Notes: generated by a model not told the origin, from the sequence alone. A stretch of 64,000 bases of DNA from an uncultured Gammaproteobacteria bacterium (GCA_951828235.1 OX639965.1:515191-579190), one strand, 5' to 3'. Positions 32,387 to 41,368 are shown, counted from the first letter of the stretch. Numbers and translations: made by a program.

Positions 32387-33546
32387 CGAAGCCCCAGTCC
32401 GCGCGCGATGATTCCGCGCAAAATCTCTCCGCTGCCGCCGCGAAGAGAGAACGACGGCGCCAGGAGCGTCGTCAGGTGCAGCACCTGCTGATACGGCAGG
32501 GCGTCGTCCCCGCCCAGGGGCGGCAAGTCGATAAGCTCCTGGGCCAGCCGGGGAAGCGACTGCTCGAAGCGGGTGCCCATGTCCTTGACCATGGCCGCCT
32601 CCAGAGCCGGTGACCCGCCGCTCTCAAGCATCGCCGCAACCGAAAGCGACATGGCGCGCAAGGCCCCCAGTTGCGCCACGATGCGGCCGACCGCCACGGC
32701 GGCCGCACCGTCGGCCCCGCGTTCGCCAAGCAGCCGCAGGAGCTCGTTGAACAGGGCCTGGCAGGAGAGATACCGCTCGGGGCCGGAGCGCTCCAGGCCC
32801 AGCTCCTCGGTCACCTGCGCCCAACCGTTGTTCTCGACGCCGATCAGCGCGTCTTCGGCCAGCAAGGCGTCTTCGAAATGAACCTCGTTGAAGTGTTCGC
32901 GCCCGGCGATGTCCCGGATCGGAGCAATGCGTATGCCGGGCGTGTTGCGCAGGTCCACCAGAAATTGCGACAGGCCTTCATGCCGGCGCTGGCCTTCGCC
33001 GGTGCGAAACAGCGCGATCATGTAGTGCGCGCGGTGCGCGTTGGTGGTCCAGATCTTGGTTCCGTTGACCCGCCAGCCCGATGAAGTCCTGGTGGCCCGG
33101 GTGCGCAGCGAGGCAAGGTCCGAGCCCGAATCCGGCTCGCTCATGCCGATGCAGAAACAAAGCTCGCCGCGGCAGATGCCCGGAATAATTCTCCGCTTGA
33201 GGTCTTCGCTGCCGTAACGCAGGATCAGCGGGCCGCTCTGACGGTCGGCGAACCAGTGAAAACCGGTGGGCGCGCCGGCGGCCAGGCACTCTTCCAGAAT
33301 CACGAATCGCTCCAGCTGGGAGCGTCCGCCGCCACCGTATTCCACCGGAAAACTCAGGCCTATGAACCCGGCTTCGCCCATGCGGCGGCTGAAATCCGGG
33401 TTGCAGGCATCCCAGGAGAGGGCCCGCTCGCTGATCGGCACGTTACGCAATGCTTCGTCGAGAAATTCACGCACGGCCTCGCGCAGGGCCGCGGTCCCCT
33501 CTGGCATTTCCGGCGGAGGAAGATTAGCCCGAATATTGCGCATCAT
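32383..33546 (-). CDS. Acyl-CoA dehydrogenase
   Basis: GMSEPDSGSDLASL, GTKIWT, HFNEVHF, LERSG, SLRGGSGEILRGIIARGLG. Confidence 0.92.
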   Translation of the reverse strand: MMRNIRANLPPPEMPEGTAALREAVREFLDEALRNVPISERALSWDACNPDFSRRMGEAGFIGLSFPVEYGGGGRSQLERFVILEECLAAGAPTGFHWFADRQSGPLILRYGSEDLKRRIIPGICRGELCFCIGMSEPDSGSDLASLRTRATRTSSGWRVNGTKIWTTNAHRAHYMIALFRTGEGQRRHEGLSQFLVDLRNTPGIRIAPIRDIAGREHFNEVHFEDALLAEDALIGVENNGWAQVTEELGLERSGPERYLSCQALFNELLRLLGERGADGAAAVAVGRIVAQLGALRAMSLSVAAMLESGGSPALEAAMVKDMGTRFEQSLPRLAQELIDLPPLGGDDALPYQQVLHLTTLLAPSFSLRGGSGEILRGIIARGLGLR

Positions 33547-33569
33547 CGCGGCGCAAGCCGGCGGATCCC

Positions 33570-33884
33570 TTACTCTTCGGGAGCGATGGTGAGGGTAAGC
33601 CCGTCCAGTTCTTCGGTAAATCTGAGCTGGCAGGTCAGCCGCGAGTTCTCCCTGAAGTAATCCAGTTCGGACAGCAACTCTTCCTCCTCGGGAGACCTGG
33701 GCGGCAACTTGTCCCACCAGGAGGGATCGACATAGCTGTGGCAGGTGGCGCAGGAGCACATGCCGCCGCACAGCGCTTCGACGCCGTTGTCCAGTTCACG
33801 CAAGGTCTCCATTACGCTCACGCCGGTGTGGCCTTCGACAACCTGAGACTCGCCCAACCGGTCCGTTACGTGAATCCGCGCCAT
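33570..33884 (-). CDS. 2Fe-2S ferredoxin (adrenodoxin/putidaredoxin type)
   Basis: CGGMCSCATCH...SRLTCQ. Confidence 0.93.
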   Translation of the reverse strand: MARIHVTDRLGESQVVEGHTGVSVMETLRELDNGVEALCGGMCSCATCHSYVDPSWWDKLPPRSPEEEELLSELDYFRENSRLTCQLRFTEELDGLTLTIAPEE

Positions 33885-33907
33885 TGACGATCTCGCAGGC
33901 CGCCTGC

Positions 33908-34249
33908 TCAGGCCGTGCCGGCGTTACGGTCCAGGGGCGTATGGAAGTACTCGCTTTCCTCGCAATGCTGCTTGACTTCCTCCATCAGGCGAGCGAGGCG
34001 CTGCTCGGCGGTCGCAACGGAGGCGCAGGTCTCGCACAGCGGATCGTTGCAGGGCTGGCGCGAAAACAGCCAGAAATGGACTGCGCCGGCCAGCAGTCCC
34101 GAAGCGACGTCCCAGGCGTCCGGTTCATCGTTGGATTCCAGCAGCTTGTTGCCGCCGTTGATCACGGCGTCTATCGCTTCCTGGAAACCTTCGGGATACT
34201 CTTCTTCGCCGGCGAAATAGTCGTCCGGCAGCAAATTATCGGTACTCAT
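33908..34249 (-). CDS. Acidic hypothetical protein with a CxxxxCxxC motif
   Basis: Coherent 113-aa ORF filling the gap upstream of the ferredoxin; QPCNDPLCETC. Confidence 0.7.
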   Translation of the reverse strand: MSTDNLLPDDYFAGEEEYPEGFQEAIDAVINGGNKLLESNDEPDAWDVASGLLAGAVHFWLFSRQPCNDPLCETCASVATAEQRLARLMEEVKQHCEESEYFHTPLDRNAGTA

Positions 34250-34326
34250 GCGCTTACCCGTAAATTCGCTTACGCGGCCCTTATATGGTACCACCTACGC
34301 CGCTCCCGCTAAAGGGCCGATCGCCC

Positions 34327-35640
34327 TCAGGACGCGGTCTGCGGAATCCCGTACTCGCGCAGCGTGCCCTCCAGCGTGGGGCGCCCCAGCCGTATCCGGC
34401 TGTCGTTCAGCAGGTACGAGAACACGTAGCCGGCCGCCAGCATTATTACGCCGATCAGGAAACAGTAAAGGACCGCCCGGTCCGGGTAGACGTCCTTCAG
34501 GTAACCCACGTAGACCGGGCCGGCGATGCCGGCCGCAGCCCAGGCGGTCAGGATGCTGCCGTATATCGCCGACATCTTCCTGGGACCGAATACGTCAAGC
34601 ACGAACGAAGGCATGGTGGCGAATCCGCCGCCGAAGCAAAGCAGCACGTAGCACACCAGCGCCGAGAACACCCAGGGGTTGGTCTCGGTCATAAGGATGC
34701 CGAACACGACCATCTGGCTGGCCAGCAGGATCCGGAACACCGCGACGCGTCCGATTCGGTCCGACAGCAAACCCCAAAAGAGGCGTCCCACGCCGTTGCA
34801 CAGGGAACTTACGGCTATAAGCGTTGCGCCATACTCCGCAAGAACGGCCGGCTCAAGGGAGGAATCGGAAAGTCCCCAGACTTCCTGCAGCAGTTCCGAC
34901 TGAAAGCTGATCACGGAAATTCCCGCGGCGATATTGAAAAAGAACACGATCCAGAGAACCACGAAGGACCGCGACCTCAGGTACGGCAACAACGAGTCCG
35001 GATCGGCGCCGGGGCTGACAGGCTGTGGCGTTGGAGCGGCCGGCGCCTGTTCGGGTTCGGGCGGATTGCTCAGGAACAGACTGCAGGGAATCAGCACGCA
35101 GGCGAAAATCACTCCCAGCCAGACGAAGACCAGCGACAGGTCCTGGCCGGCCTGCAGCACCAGCAGCGGCGCCAGCCCCTTGCTGAGCAGAAAGGCGCCC
35201 ACCCCGAATCCCATGACCACGATCCCGGTAACCAGGCCCTTGTGGTCGGGAAACCACTTGGCCACGGTAGCCACGGGAGTGACGTAACCCATGCCGATGC
35301 CCGCTCCCCCGACGACGCCGTAAAACAGGTAAAAGAGCGGGATCGAATCCAGGTGCAGCGCCCATCCTGCAAGCAGGTAGCCGACGGAGAACAGGGAGGA
35401 ACCGATCAGCGCGAGCCGCCGGGGGCCATGCCTGGGCAGCGCCTGGCCGGCCCAGGCCGCCGAAACCCCGAGCGAGAAGATCGTGATGCTGAAGGCCCAG
35501 GCCGTCTGCGTAAAGGTCCAGCCGGATTGTCTCACCAGAATCGTCTGGAAAAAACTCCAGGCGTACACCGTGCCCAGGCACACCTGCAGCGTCGTGCAGA
35601 AGAGCGCGATGACGGTGCGCGGCAGGCGTATGGTTCTCAT
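34327..35640 (-). CDS. OFA (oxalate/formate antiporter) family MFS transporter
   Basis: GTVYAWS, GYVTPVATVAKWFPDHKGLVTG, SDRIGR, FGGGFATMP. Confidence 0.9.
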   Translation of the reverse strand: MRTIRLPRTVIALFCTTLQVCLGTVYAWSFFQTILVRQSGWTFTQTAWAFSITIFSLGVSAAWAGQALPRHGPRRLALIGSSLFSVGYLLAGWALHLDSIPLFYLFYGVVGGAGIGMGYVTPVATVAKWFPDHKGLVTGIVVMGFGVGAFLLSKGLAPLLVLQAGQDLSLVFVWLGVIFACVLIPCSLFLSNPPEPEQAPAAPTPQPVSPGADPDSLLPYLRSRSFVVLWIVFFFNIAAGISVISFQSELLQEVWGLSDSSLEPAVLAEYGATLIAVSSLCNGVGRLFWGLLSDRIGRVAVFRILLASQMVVFGILMTETNPWVFSALVCYVLLCFGGGFATMPSFVLDVFGPRKMSAIYGSILTAWAAAGIAGPVYVGYLKDVYPDRAVLYCFLIGVIMLAAGYVFSYLLNDSRIRLGRPTLEGTLREYGIPQTAS

Positions 35641-35654
35641 TGACAGTGCCCTGA

Positions 35655-36392
35655 CTAGCCCTGCTGCACGGCCTTCAGCGTTTCGGGCCTGGGACCGTTT
35701 CGGGCCACGTACAGGAACAGGCGCGCCAGGTGGCCCACTTCGTCATCCCGGGCAAGCACGGCCCGTTCCGACACCGATTCCTCGTCCTCGTCCCGGGCCA
35801 GTTCGACCGCATAGGCAAGCAGTTCGCCAAGCGGCTTGGCCGCGAGGTTCACCAGCCAGATCGAAGCCAGCACGCCGATGACCAGGATGATGGAAACCAG
35901 GTAGACCTGCTGGCCTATCGCCCTCGTGATCTTCAGCGAGACCACGTCCAGGTCCATGCCGACGTGCACGGTTCCGGCCACTCCCGCGAGAATCGGGCTG
36001 CCGACCTCGACAAAATTGCCCAGACCCGGGAGTTCCCGGTCGATGGGCTCGGTACTGCGGTGATCGCTTTGCAGGATTTCGTCGGGAATACCCGGCACGA
36101 AGGTATGCGCGAGGTACTCCCCGGTCTCGCTGGTGATATAGATGTAGCGGATGCCCTGAATCTCGACGAACTGGTCCACCAGCGACTGCAGCGTGGCCAG
36201 GTCGCGGTTCAGCAGGATGTCCACGCTGGAGTCCGCCACGGTCTTGGCGATGTTCTTGCTGTTGATCTCGTACTCCGCCGATAACTGCGTATCCACCGTA
36301 TACAGGCAAAGGGCCGAGGTGGAAAGCACGATTCCGCCGAATACGGCGAATATGCCGAAGCGCGTTCGCTGAAAAAGTTTCTGAATCTTCAT
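35655..36392 (-). CDS. Two-TM periplasmic-sensor (Cache-like) plus HAMP protein with no output domain
   Basis: TM1, periplasmic domain, TM2, then KPLGEL...RDDEVGHLARLF (HAMP) and a stop about 15 aa later. Confidence 0.8.
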   Translation of the reverse strand: MKIQKLFQRTRFGIFAVFGGIVLSTSALCLYTVDTQLSAEYEINSKNIAKTVADSSVDILLNRDLATLQSLVDQFVEIQGIRYIYITSETGEYLAHTFVPGIPDEILQSDHRSTEPIDRELPGLGNFVEVGSPILAGVAGTVHVGMDLDVVSLKITRAIGQQVYLVSIILVIGVLASIWLVNLAAKPLGELLAYAVELARDEDEESVSERAVLARDDEVGHLARLFLYVARNGPRPETLKAVQQG

Positions 36393-36393
36393 A

Positions 36394-37698
36394 TCATCCA
36401 AACTTGGCTTGCCAGTCCTCCAGGGGAACGAAACGGCCATCCTCAACGACCGTGTAGTAAACAGTCTGCAATCCCTGGCGCCGGTCCGGCCCGAACGAAA
36501 CCCGCTCGCCGACGCCCAGATCGAAATCCCGCACCGAGAAGACCGCTTCTTCCAGCCTGGCGCGATCCACCTGGCCCTCAAGCCGGCGAATTATTTCCGC
36601 CAGGAGCTTGGCGTTGAGGAACCCTTCCAGGCTGCCGAAACTGTTGGGGAAGGGCGCATACTCCTCCTTGACCAGTTTGGGCGGAACCTGCGGATCGTAG
36701 TGAGCCATCAGTTCGCGGTATTCGCGCACGGCCGGCAGCGACAGGTCCTCGTAACTGGGCACGACCTGCGAGTTGACCAGCAGCCGGGTGTAGGCCTCGC
36801 CGTCCTCGCGCCCCTCGACCAGCAGCTTGAGCATGTTTTCGCTGCCCACGAAGGACAGGTTGGCGATCGGCACCTCGAGTCCGAGATCGACAGCGTCGCG
36901 CGCAAAGGCGGCGCAGGCCGCGTAGGCCCCGATGCAGATGACCGCGTCCGGCGCGGACGCCTTGAGGATTTCGACCTGGCGGCGCATGGTGCCGGTGAAC
37001 GGCGCGCCGCGGCTGTAGGTGGCCTCTCCGGCGATCCGCAGTCCGTGCGGCCTGAGAGCCGCCCTCACTCCAGCCCAGCCGCTACGGCCGTAGGCGTCGG
37101 CCTGGTAGAAAACGGCAATGCGCTCCTTGCCGATGCGCACGAAGTTGTTCACCAGGCCAGCGGTCTCCTGCGCGTAGGAAGCCCTCAGGTTGAAGGCGAA
37201 ATCACCGTACGGCGGCTGCCTCTGCGGCTGCGCGCCGGTGAACGGGAAGAACATGAAGATGTTCTCGTCCTGAAATTTCTTGAGCAGCGGCAGCACGCGG
37301 GTGACGGTGGGCGTGCCCACGTAACCGAACAAGAGGAAAACCTGGTCCTCCAGCATCAGCTTCATGGTGTTTTCCACGCAGGGGTCAGGCTGGTAGCCGT
37401 CGTCGTACATCTTCAGCGCGATCCTGCGGCCGTTGATGCCACCGGATTCGTTCACCCGGCTGAAAAAGGCGCTTGCTCCCCGGTACAGTTCGGTTCCCAG
37501 TCCCCGCGAAGGCCCGGAAAACGCCGCTGACACGCCCAGCACGATCTCGCCGTCGAAGGAGGCGCCGTCCAGGTTCGATTCAGCCGCGCCGGAGTCCGCC
37601 TGCCGGAAATAGCTTTCCGCTCCGCCCAGCGCCCGCTCCAGCGGCGCCAGCACAATGGCCGCAAGTGCGTACCGGATAAGGTCCTTTCTCGTCAGCAT
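36394..37698 (-). CDS. Periplasmic binding protein (LivK/type I fold)
   Basis: LGVSAAFSG, GGINGRRI, DDGYQP, GYVGTPT, NLRASY, DAYGRSG; Tat-like leader TRKDLI. Confidence 0.9.
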   Translation of the reverse strand: MLTRKDLIRYALAAIVLAPLERALGGAESYFRQADSGAAESNLDGASFDGEIVLGVSAAFSGPSRGLGTELYRGASAFFSRVNESGGINGRRIALKMYDDGYQPDPCVENTMKLMLEDQVFLLFGYVGTPTVTRVLPLLKKFQDENIFMFFPFTGAQPQRQPPYGDFAFNLRASYAQETAGLVNNFVRIGKERIAVFYQADAYGRSGWAGVRAALRPHGLRIAGEATYSRGAPFTGTMRRQVEILKASAPDAVICIGAYAACAAFARDAVDLGLEVPIANLSFVGSENMLKLLVEGREDGEAYTRLLVNSQVVPSYEDLSLPAVREYRELMAHYDPQVPPKLVKEEYAPFPNSFGSLEGFLNAKLLAEIIRRLEGQVDRARLEEAVFSVRDFDLGVGERVSFGPDRRQGLQTVYYTVVEDGRFVPLEDWQAKFG

Positions 37699-37764
37699 GA
37701 CCGGGCGGGGCGTTGGATCGTGGGTCAACGCTAGCGGAAGACTACCGGTTTCCCGATGCGGCCA

Positions 37765-38277
37765 TCAACGTGGTTTCGAGCTTTGGTCGAGCGCCGCTCT
37801 GCGCATATTCAGGAATTCCTCCGCTTCCCTGAGCCGCTTTGCGTCGGGGTTAATGCGCTTGCCGCGTTCGATATCCTCGGCCGCCTTGCTAACGCTCCCG
37901 GTGAGGGCGTGCAGCACGGCACGATTGGAATATGCATGCCAGTTGTTTGGCTTCAGCCGCAACGCCTCGTTGCAGTGCTCGAGCGCCAGCTCGAATTTTC
38001 CCGACATCACATAGCCCGCGCAAAGGTTGTTATGCGCGGAGGACCGGGTGCGAATGCTGTGGGCCGTTCCCGCCGGCGCCCGCAAGCCTTCCAGGGTCAG
38101 CCGGATGCCCTCCTCGAAGTCGCCCAGGCGCAGCGCCAAAGCCCCGTCGGAAAGGTTCGGGTCGGCCCCGAAAACCGACTGGGAACGGGAACTCTGCGCC
38201 GCAGCCGGCCCCGAGGCAAGCAGCATGGCGCCCATCAGGCAGGCGAGGCATGCGCGTATCGATCCCGTCATGCCCAT
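37765..38277 (-). CDS. Exported TPR-repeat protein
   Basis: Signal peptide; AHNNLCAGY, AYSNRAVLH TPR-like helices. Confidence 0.8.
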   Translation of the reverse strand: MGMTGSIRACLACLMGAMLLASGPAAAQSSRSQSVFGADPNLSDGALALRLGDFEEGIRLTLEGLRAPAGTAHSIRTRSSAHNNLCAGYVMSGKFELALEHCNEALRLKPNNWHAYSNRAVLHALTGSVSKAAEDIERGKRINPDAKRLREAEEFLNMRRAALDQSSKPR

Positions 38278-38280
38278 ATC

Positions 38281-39762
38281 TTACGCGGCCCTCGGATAAA
38301 TCTCCGACAACAGCCGGCTGCTGCCGTCCGGCTGAACGATGCGGCAATGCTCGCGGCGCAGCAGGCGCGGATCGACGACTCCGCAGGAATGCGCGATGAT
38401 CTTCAGCTCTTCCTCAATGCGGCGCTGGTAATTGGCCACGCTCACCGCCTTGGTCGGCGGATCGAGGCCGCGCTGCAGGCGCCGGTTGTGGGTGGTGATG
38501 CCCGTGGGGCAGGTGTTCTTGTTGCAGCGCATCGCCTGAATGCAGCCCAGCGCGAACATGAAACCCCTCGCGGACACCGCAAAGTCCGCCCCGGCGCACA
38601 GCGCCCAGGCCGCTTCGGTCGGGGTGATGAGCTTGCCGCTGGCCACCACCCGCACGCGTTCGCGAAGACCGTGGTTTTCCAGGGCGTCCACCAGCATGAT
38701 CAGGCTCTCCCTCAGCACCATGCCCACATTGTCCATGAGCGGCATCGGGGCCGCGCCCGTGCCGCCGTCGCCGGAATCCACGGTGACGAAGTCGGGTGCG
38801 CTGTCCGGCCCGCGACGGTTGATCAGTTCGAAAAGTTCATCCAGCCAATGCGGGTTGCCGATCACAGCCTTGTATCCGGTGGGCTTGCCGCCGACGTCAC
38901 GCACGCGGTTGATCAGGTCCAGCAACTCCCCGTTGTTGCTCACCTCCCTGTGGCGGTTCGGGCTTACCGCGTCCTCGCCCGGGCGGATGCCCCGAATGCC
39001 GGCGATCTCCTCGGTCACCTTCGCTCCCGGCAGGATCCCGCCCTTGCCCGGCTTGGCTCCCTGGCTCAGCTTGATCTCGATCATCTTCACCTGCGGGTTA
39101 GAGCCCACCTCCCTCAGGCGCTCCTCGCTCAGGGCGCCTTCGGGCGTGCGCACGCCGTTCTTGGCCGTTCCGAACTGGAACACCACGTCGTTGCCCGATT
39201 CGAGATGCCAGGGCGAAAGTCCGCCCTCGCCCGTGTTCATCCAGCATCCGGCCATCGCGGCGCCCTTTCCCAGCGCCGTCACCGCGGGCTTTGAAATGGC
39301 CCCGAAGCTCATTCCGGAAATATGGAAGATCCGGTTGGTGGTGTACGGATTCGGGCCGTCCTTGCCGATCGTCACTTCGGACGTGTCCCGGTATTCCTCC
39401 TCAAGCAGGCTGAAGGGCGCGTTGGCGAAGATGGCTGTGCCCGGCCAGCGCGTCTCGCGGGTCGAACCGAAGGCCACGGTCATGGAGCCGGCGCTGGAGG
39501 CCCGGTCCACCCAGTTGCGCTGGGCCCGATTGAACGGCATTTCCTCGCGGTCCATGGCGAACATGTACTGCCGCATGAACTCGCCCAGGCCCTCGAAGAC
39601 ACGGCGGAAGCGGCCGATGACCGGGTAGTTGCGGCGAACGGCGTTGGCGGTCTGCGCGAGGTCCACCATCAGCAGGAAAAGCAGGACCAGCAGCGTGGTC
39701 CCGACCGCCAGAAGGAACAGGCTGGCCAGGATGTGCAAGGCTTGATCAACAAAGTCCGTCAT
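38281..39762 (-). CDS. FMN-binding glutamate synthase family protein (stand-alone, N-terminal TM)
   Basis: SGMSFG, NTGEGG, KLSQGAKPGKGG, GCIQAMRCNKNTCPTGITT. Confidence 0.9.
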   Translation of the reverse strand: MTDFVDQALHILASLFLLAVGTTLLVLLFLLMVDLAQTANAVRRNYPVIGRFRRVFEGLGEFMRQYMFAMDREEMPFNRAQRNWVDRASSAGSMTVAFGSTRETRWPGTAIFANAPFSLLEEEYRDTSEVTIGKDGPNPYTTNRIFHISGMSFGAISKPAVTALGKGAAMAGCWMNTGEGGLSPWHLESGNDVVFQFGTAKNGVRTPEGALSEERLREVGSNPQVKMIEIKLSQGAKPGKGGILPGAKVTEEIAGIRGIRPGEDAVSPNRHREVSNNGELLDLINRVRDVGGKPTGYKAVIGNPHWLDELFELINRRGPDSAPDFVTVDSGDGGTGAAPMPLMDNVGMVLRESLIMLVDALENHGLRERVRVVASGKLITPTEAAWALCAGADFAVSARGFMFALGCIQAMRCNKNTCPTGITTHNRRLQRGLDPPTKAVSVANYQRRIEEELKIIAHSCGVVDPRLLRREHCRIVQPDGSSRLLSEIYPRAA

Positions 39763-39805
39763 GCTCAACCCCCGGCTGATGATGCATTGCTTGCGGACGG
39801 CTGCC

Positions 39806-39881
39806 TGGTGGGCCTGGCAGGACTCGAACCTGCGACCAAGTGGTTATGAGCCACCTGCTCTTACCACTGAGCTACAGGCCC
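39806..39881 (-). tRNA. tRNA-Ile2 (CAT anticodon, lysidine type)
   Basis: GGGCCTGTAGCTCAGTGGTAAGAGCAGGTGGCTCATAACCACTTGGTCGCAGGTTCGAGTCCTGCCAGGCCCACCA; 76-nt cloverleaf with encoded CCA; C4:G69 and C5:G68 pairs as in TilS substrates; TATACT upstream at 39895-39900. Confidence 0.9.
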
Positions 39882-39935
39882 TCCGAGGGCCTAGAGTATA
39901 GCTGGTTTGCGGTTTTCCCCGGCGCTCCCGGAGAC

Positions 39936-40556
39936 TCAGCGGCGGCGTTTGCGCCAGGGACCGGGAGCGGTCTTTTCCCCGGCGGGGTGGGAATGCGGAA
40001 GTATGGCCAGGCGGGCAAGAAGCTGGCGCTTCGGATCATCGGATTGCGCAGCCCGCAGCAGTTCGCTCCATAAGTCGGGACGGTCGGCAAAGCGTGCCTT
40101 GAGGATGCTTGCGGAGTGGGCGGCGAGACTCTGGATTTCACCGAAATTCAGGTTCCCTACGGGCTCGCCCTCCTGGCGGGCCGTGCCCAGCCAAAGCGAC
40201 GAGAGCGTGTGGTTCTGCTGCGCATCCTGGGTCAGCCAGGTCATCAGCGCCGCGCCGAACACCTGCTCCGCGGCATCTTTTCCGCGAAAACTCCGCCGCT
40301 CCCCGTCTTCGCTGTCACGCACCGTCCCTGCCCTCTCGACGTCACCACGGGTAACGGTAACCAGCAGCAAAGGCACGCTGGCAACCGCGTCGCGTTGCGA
40401 GTCCGTCAGTGCCCTGATTTGGCCGCACAGCTCATCGGGAAGCCCGTACCTGCCGCCCTCCGCATCGCCCTCATGCCGAGCGATCAAATCGACAAAGCGA
40501 CGATTGATTGCGAAGATCTCGTCCAGCCGTTTTCGTTCTTCCGACCCGCCTGCCAT
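39936..40556 (-). CDS. Protein with two tandem FlhD-like repeats
   Basis: LDEIFAIN...GLPDELCGQIRALTDSQRDAVAS and LWLG...LNFGEIQSLA...ARFAD resemble FlhD helices (by-eye comparison); AGGAGG RBS. Confidence 0.6.
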   Translation of the reverse strand: MAGGSEERKRLDEIFAINRRFVDLIARHEGDAEGGRYGLPDELCGQIRALTDSQRDAVASVPLLLVTVTRGDVERAGTVRDSEDGERRSFRGKDAAEQVFGAALMTWLTQDAQQNHTLSSLWLGTARQEGEPVGNLNFGEIQSLAAHSASILKARFADRPDLWSELLRAAQSDDPKRQLLARLAILPHSHPAGEKTAPGPWRKRRR

Positions 40557-40729
40557 CCGTTCCTCCTTCCGGCCGCGGCCGTGCTGAAGCAGTTTTGGAT
40601 TCCCGTTCAGACAAAGCGGCATTTTCGCCGGTTCATGTGATAGTTGCTGTTTTTGTTCGTTTACTATTAAGACAAGCAGCATGGTTTTGATCAACCCGGA
40701 AAAAGTGGCCGAATTGCCCAATTTTTGAA

Positions 40730-40758
40730 TTGCAATCTTAGTCCGAATTCGCTAGAAC
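40730..40758 (+). promoter_or_regulatory. Putative sigma70 promoter of the flhC-like gene
   Basis: TTGCAA-N17-TAGAAC, ending 9 nt before an ATG with no SD. Confidence 0.45.
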
Positions 40759-40767
40759 ACCTGCGCC

Positions 40768-41352
40768 ATGCGAGTTACCCAAAGCCGTTACGAGGGAGAA
40801 CTGGACCGGTTCCACCTCGCCATCCGCATGCTCGGCCTGCAGGCCCGCACGAGCACAATCGGACGCTACACGGGGCTTTCCAGCGACCGTATACGCAAGG
40901 CCTATGTCAGCTACGTGGCCGAGCACGGCAAAAACAGGCTGCCCCGCCGCAAGCGCGGGCGGCCGCCCAGCCGCGTGGCCCATTTTTTCAAGAGCCGCGA
41001 TCGGCACTGCGAATCCACCGTTTTGGTGTCCCTTTTCATGCATGCCGGACTGCTGGTGCCGGACGGTTCGTTCGGATGCATGCTGCCGGGCAGGCTGAGC
41101 CTGCTTTCGCAGGGGCGCCGCCTGTGCGATGCCTACGAAATGCACCGCCACATGGTGCCCGGCGGAGAAATGTCCCTGGAACTCGCCGCCACCCTGCTGC
41201 GCGCCCTGGCGGAGACGCAGGAACTGGCTCTTGCCGAATGCGAGTCCTGCGGCGCGCTATACGTCCACGACGCCTACGCCCTCGACTACGGGCGCGGCCC
41301 CTTCTGCGAACAACCGGTGCCGGGCGGCCCGGCGCGAATCACCTGCCGCTAG
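40768..41352 (+). CDS. FlhC-like transcriptional regulator
   Basis: LAIRMLGLQAR...TGLSSDRIRKAY, RGRPP, CDAYEMH, ELALAECESCGALY...PFC, matching FlhC architecture. Confidence 0.72.
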   Translation: MRVTQSRYEGELDRFHLAIRMLGLQARTSTIGRYTGLSSDRIRKAYVSYVAEHGKNRLPRRKRGRPPSRVAHFFKSRDRHCESTVLVSLFMHAGLLVPDGSFGCMLPGRLSLLSQGRRLCDAYEMHRHMVPGGEMSLELAATLLRALAETQELALAECESCGALYVHDAYALDYGRGPFCEQPVPGGPARITCR

Positions 41353-41368
41353 TGTCGTGCGCCGGCGA

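Noticed and set aside
35641-35700. Frameshifted histidine kinase after the HAMP domain
   Set aside because: Only 14 bp separate the stop from an intact MFS gene, leaving no kinase remnant in any frame.
34327-39881. Genomic island integrated at the tRNA 3' end
   Set aside because: No integrase and no duplicated tRNA 3' end found by eye.
39806-39881. tRNA-Met call
   Set aside because: Lacks the fMet C1:A72 mismatch and the GGG/CCC anticodon stem; has Ile2-type acceptor pairs.
40700-40720. Sigma54 promoter (TGGC...TTGC) in the flhD/flhC spacer
   Set aside because: GG-to-GC spacing is too short for a -24/-12 element.
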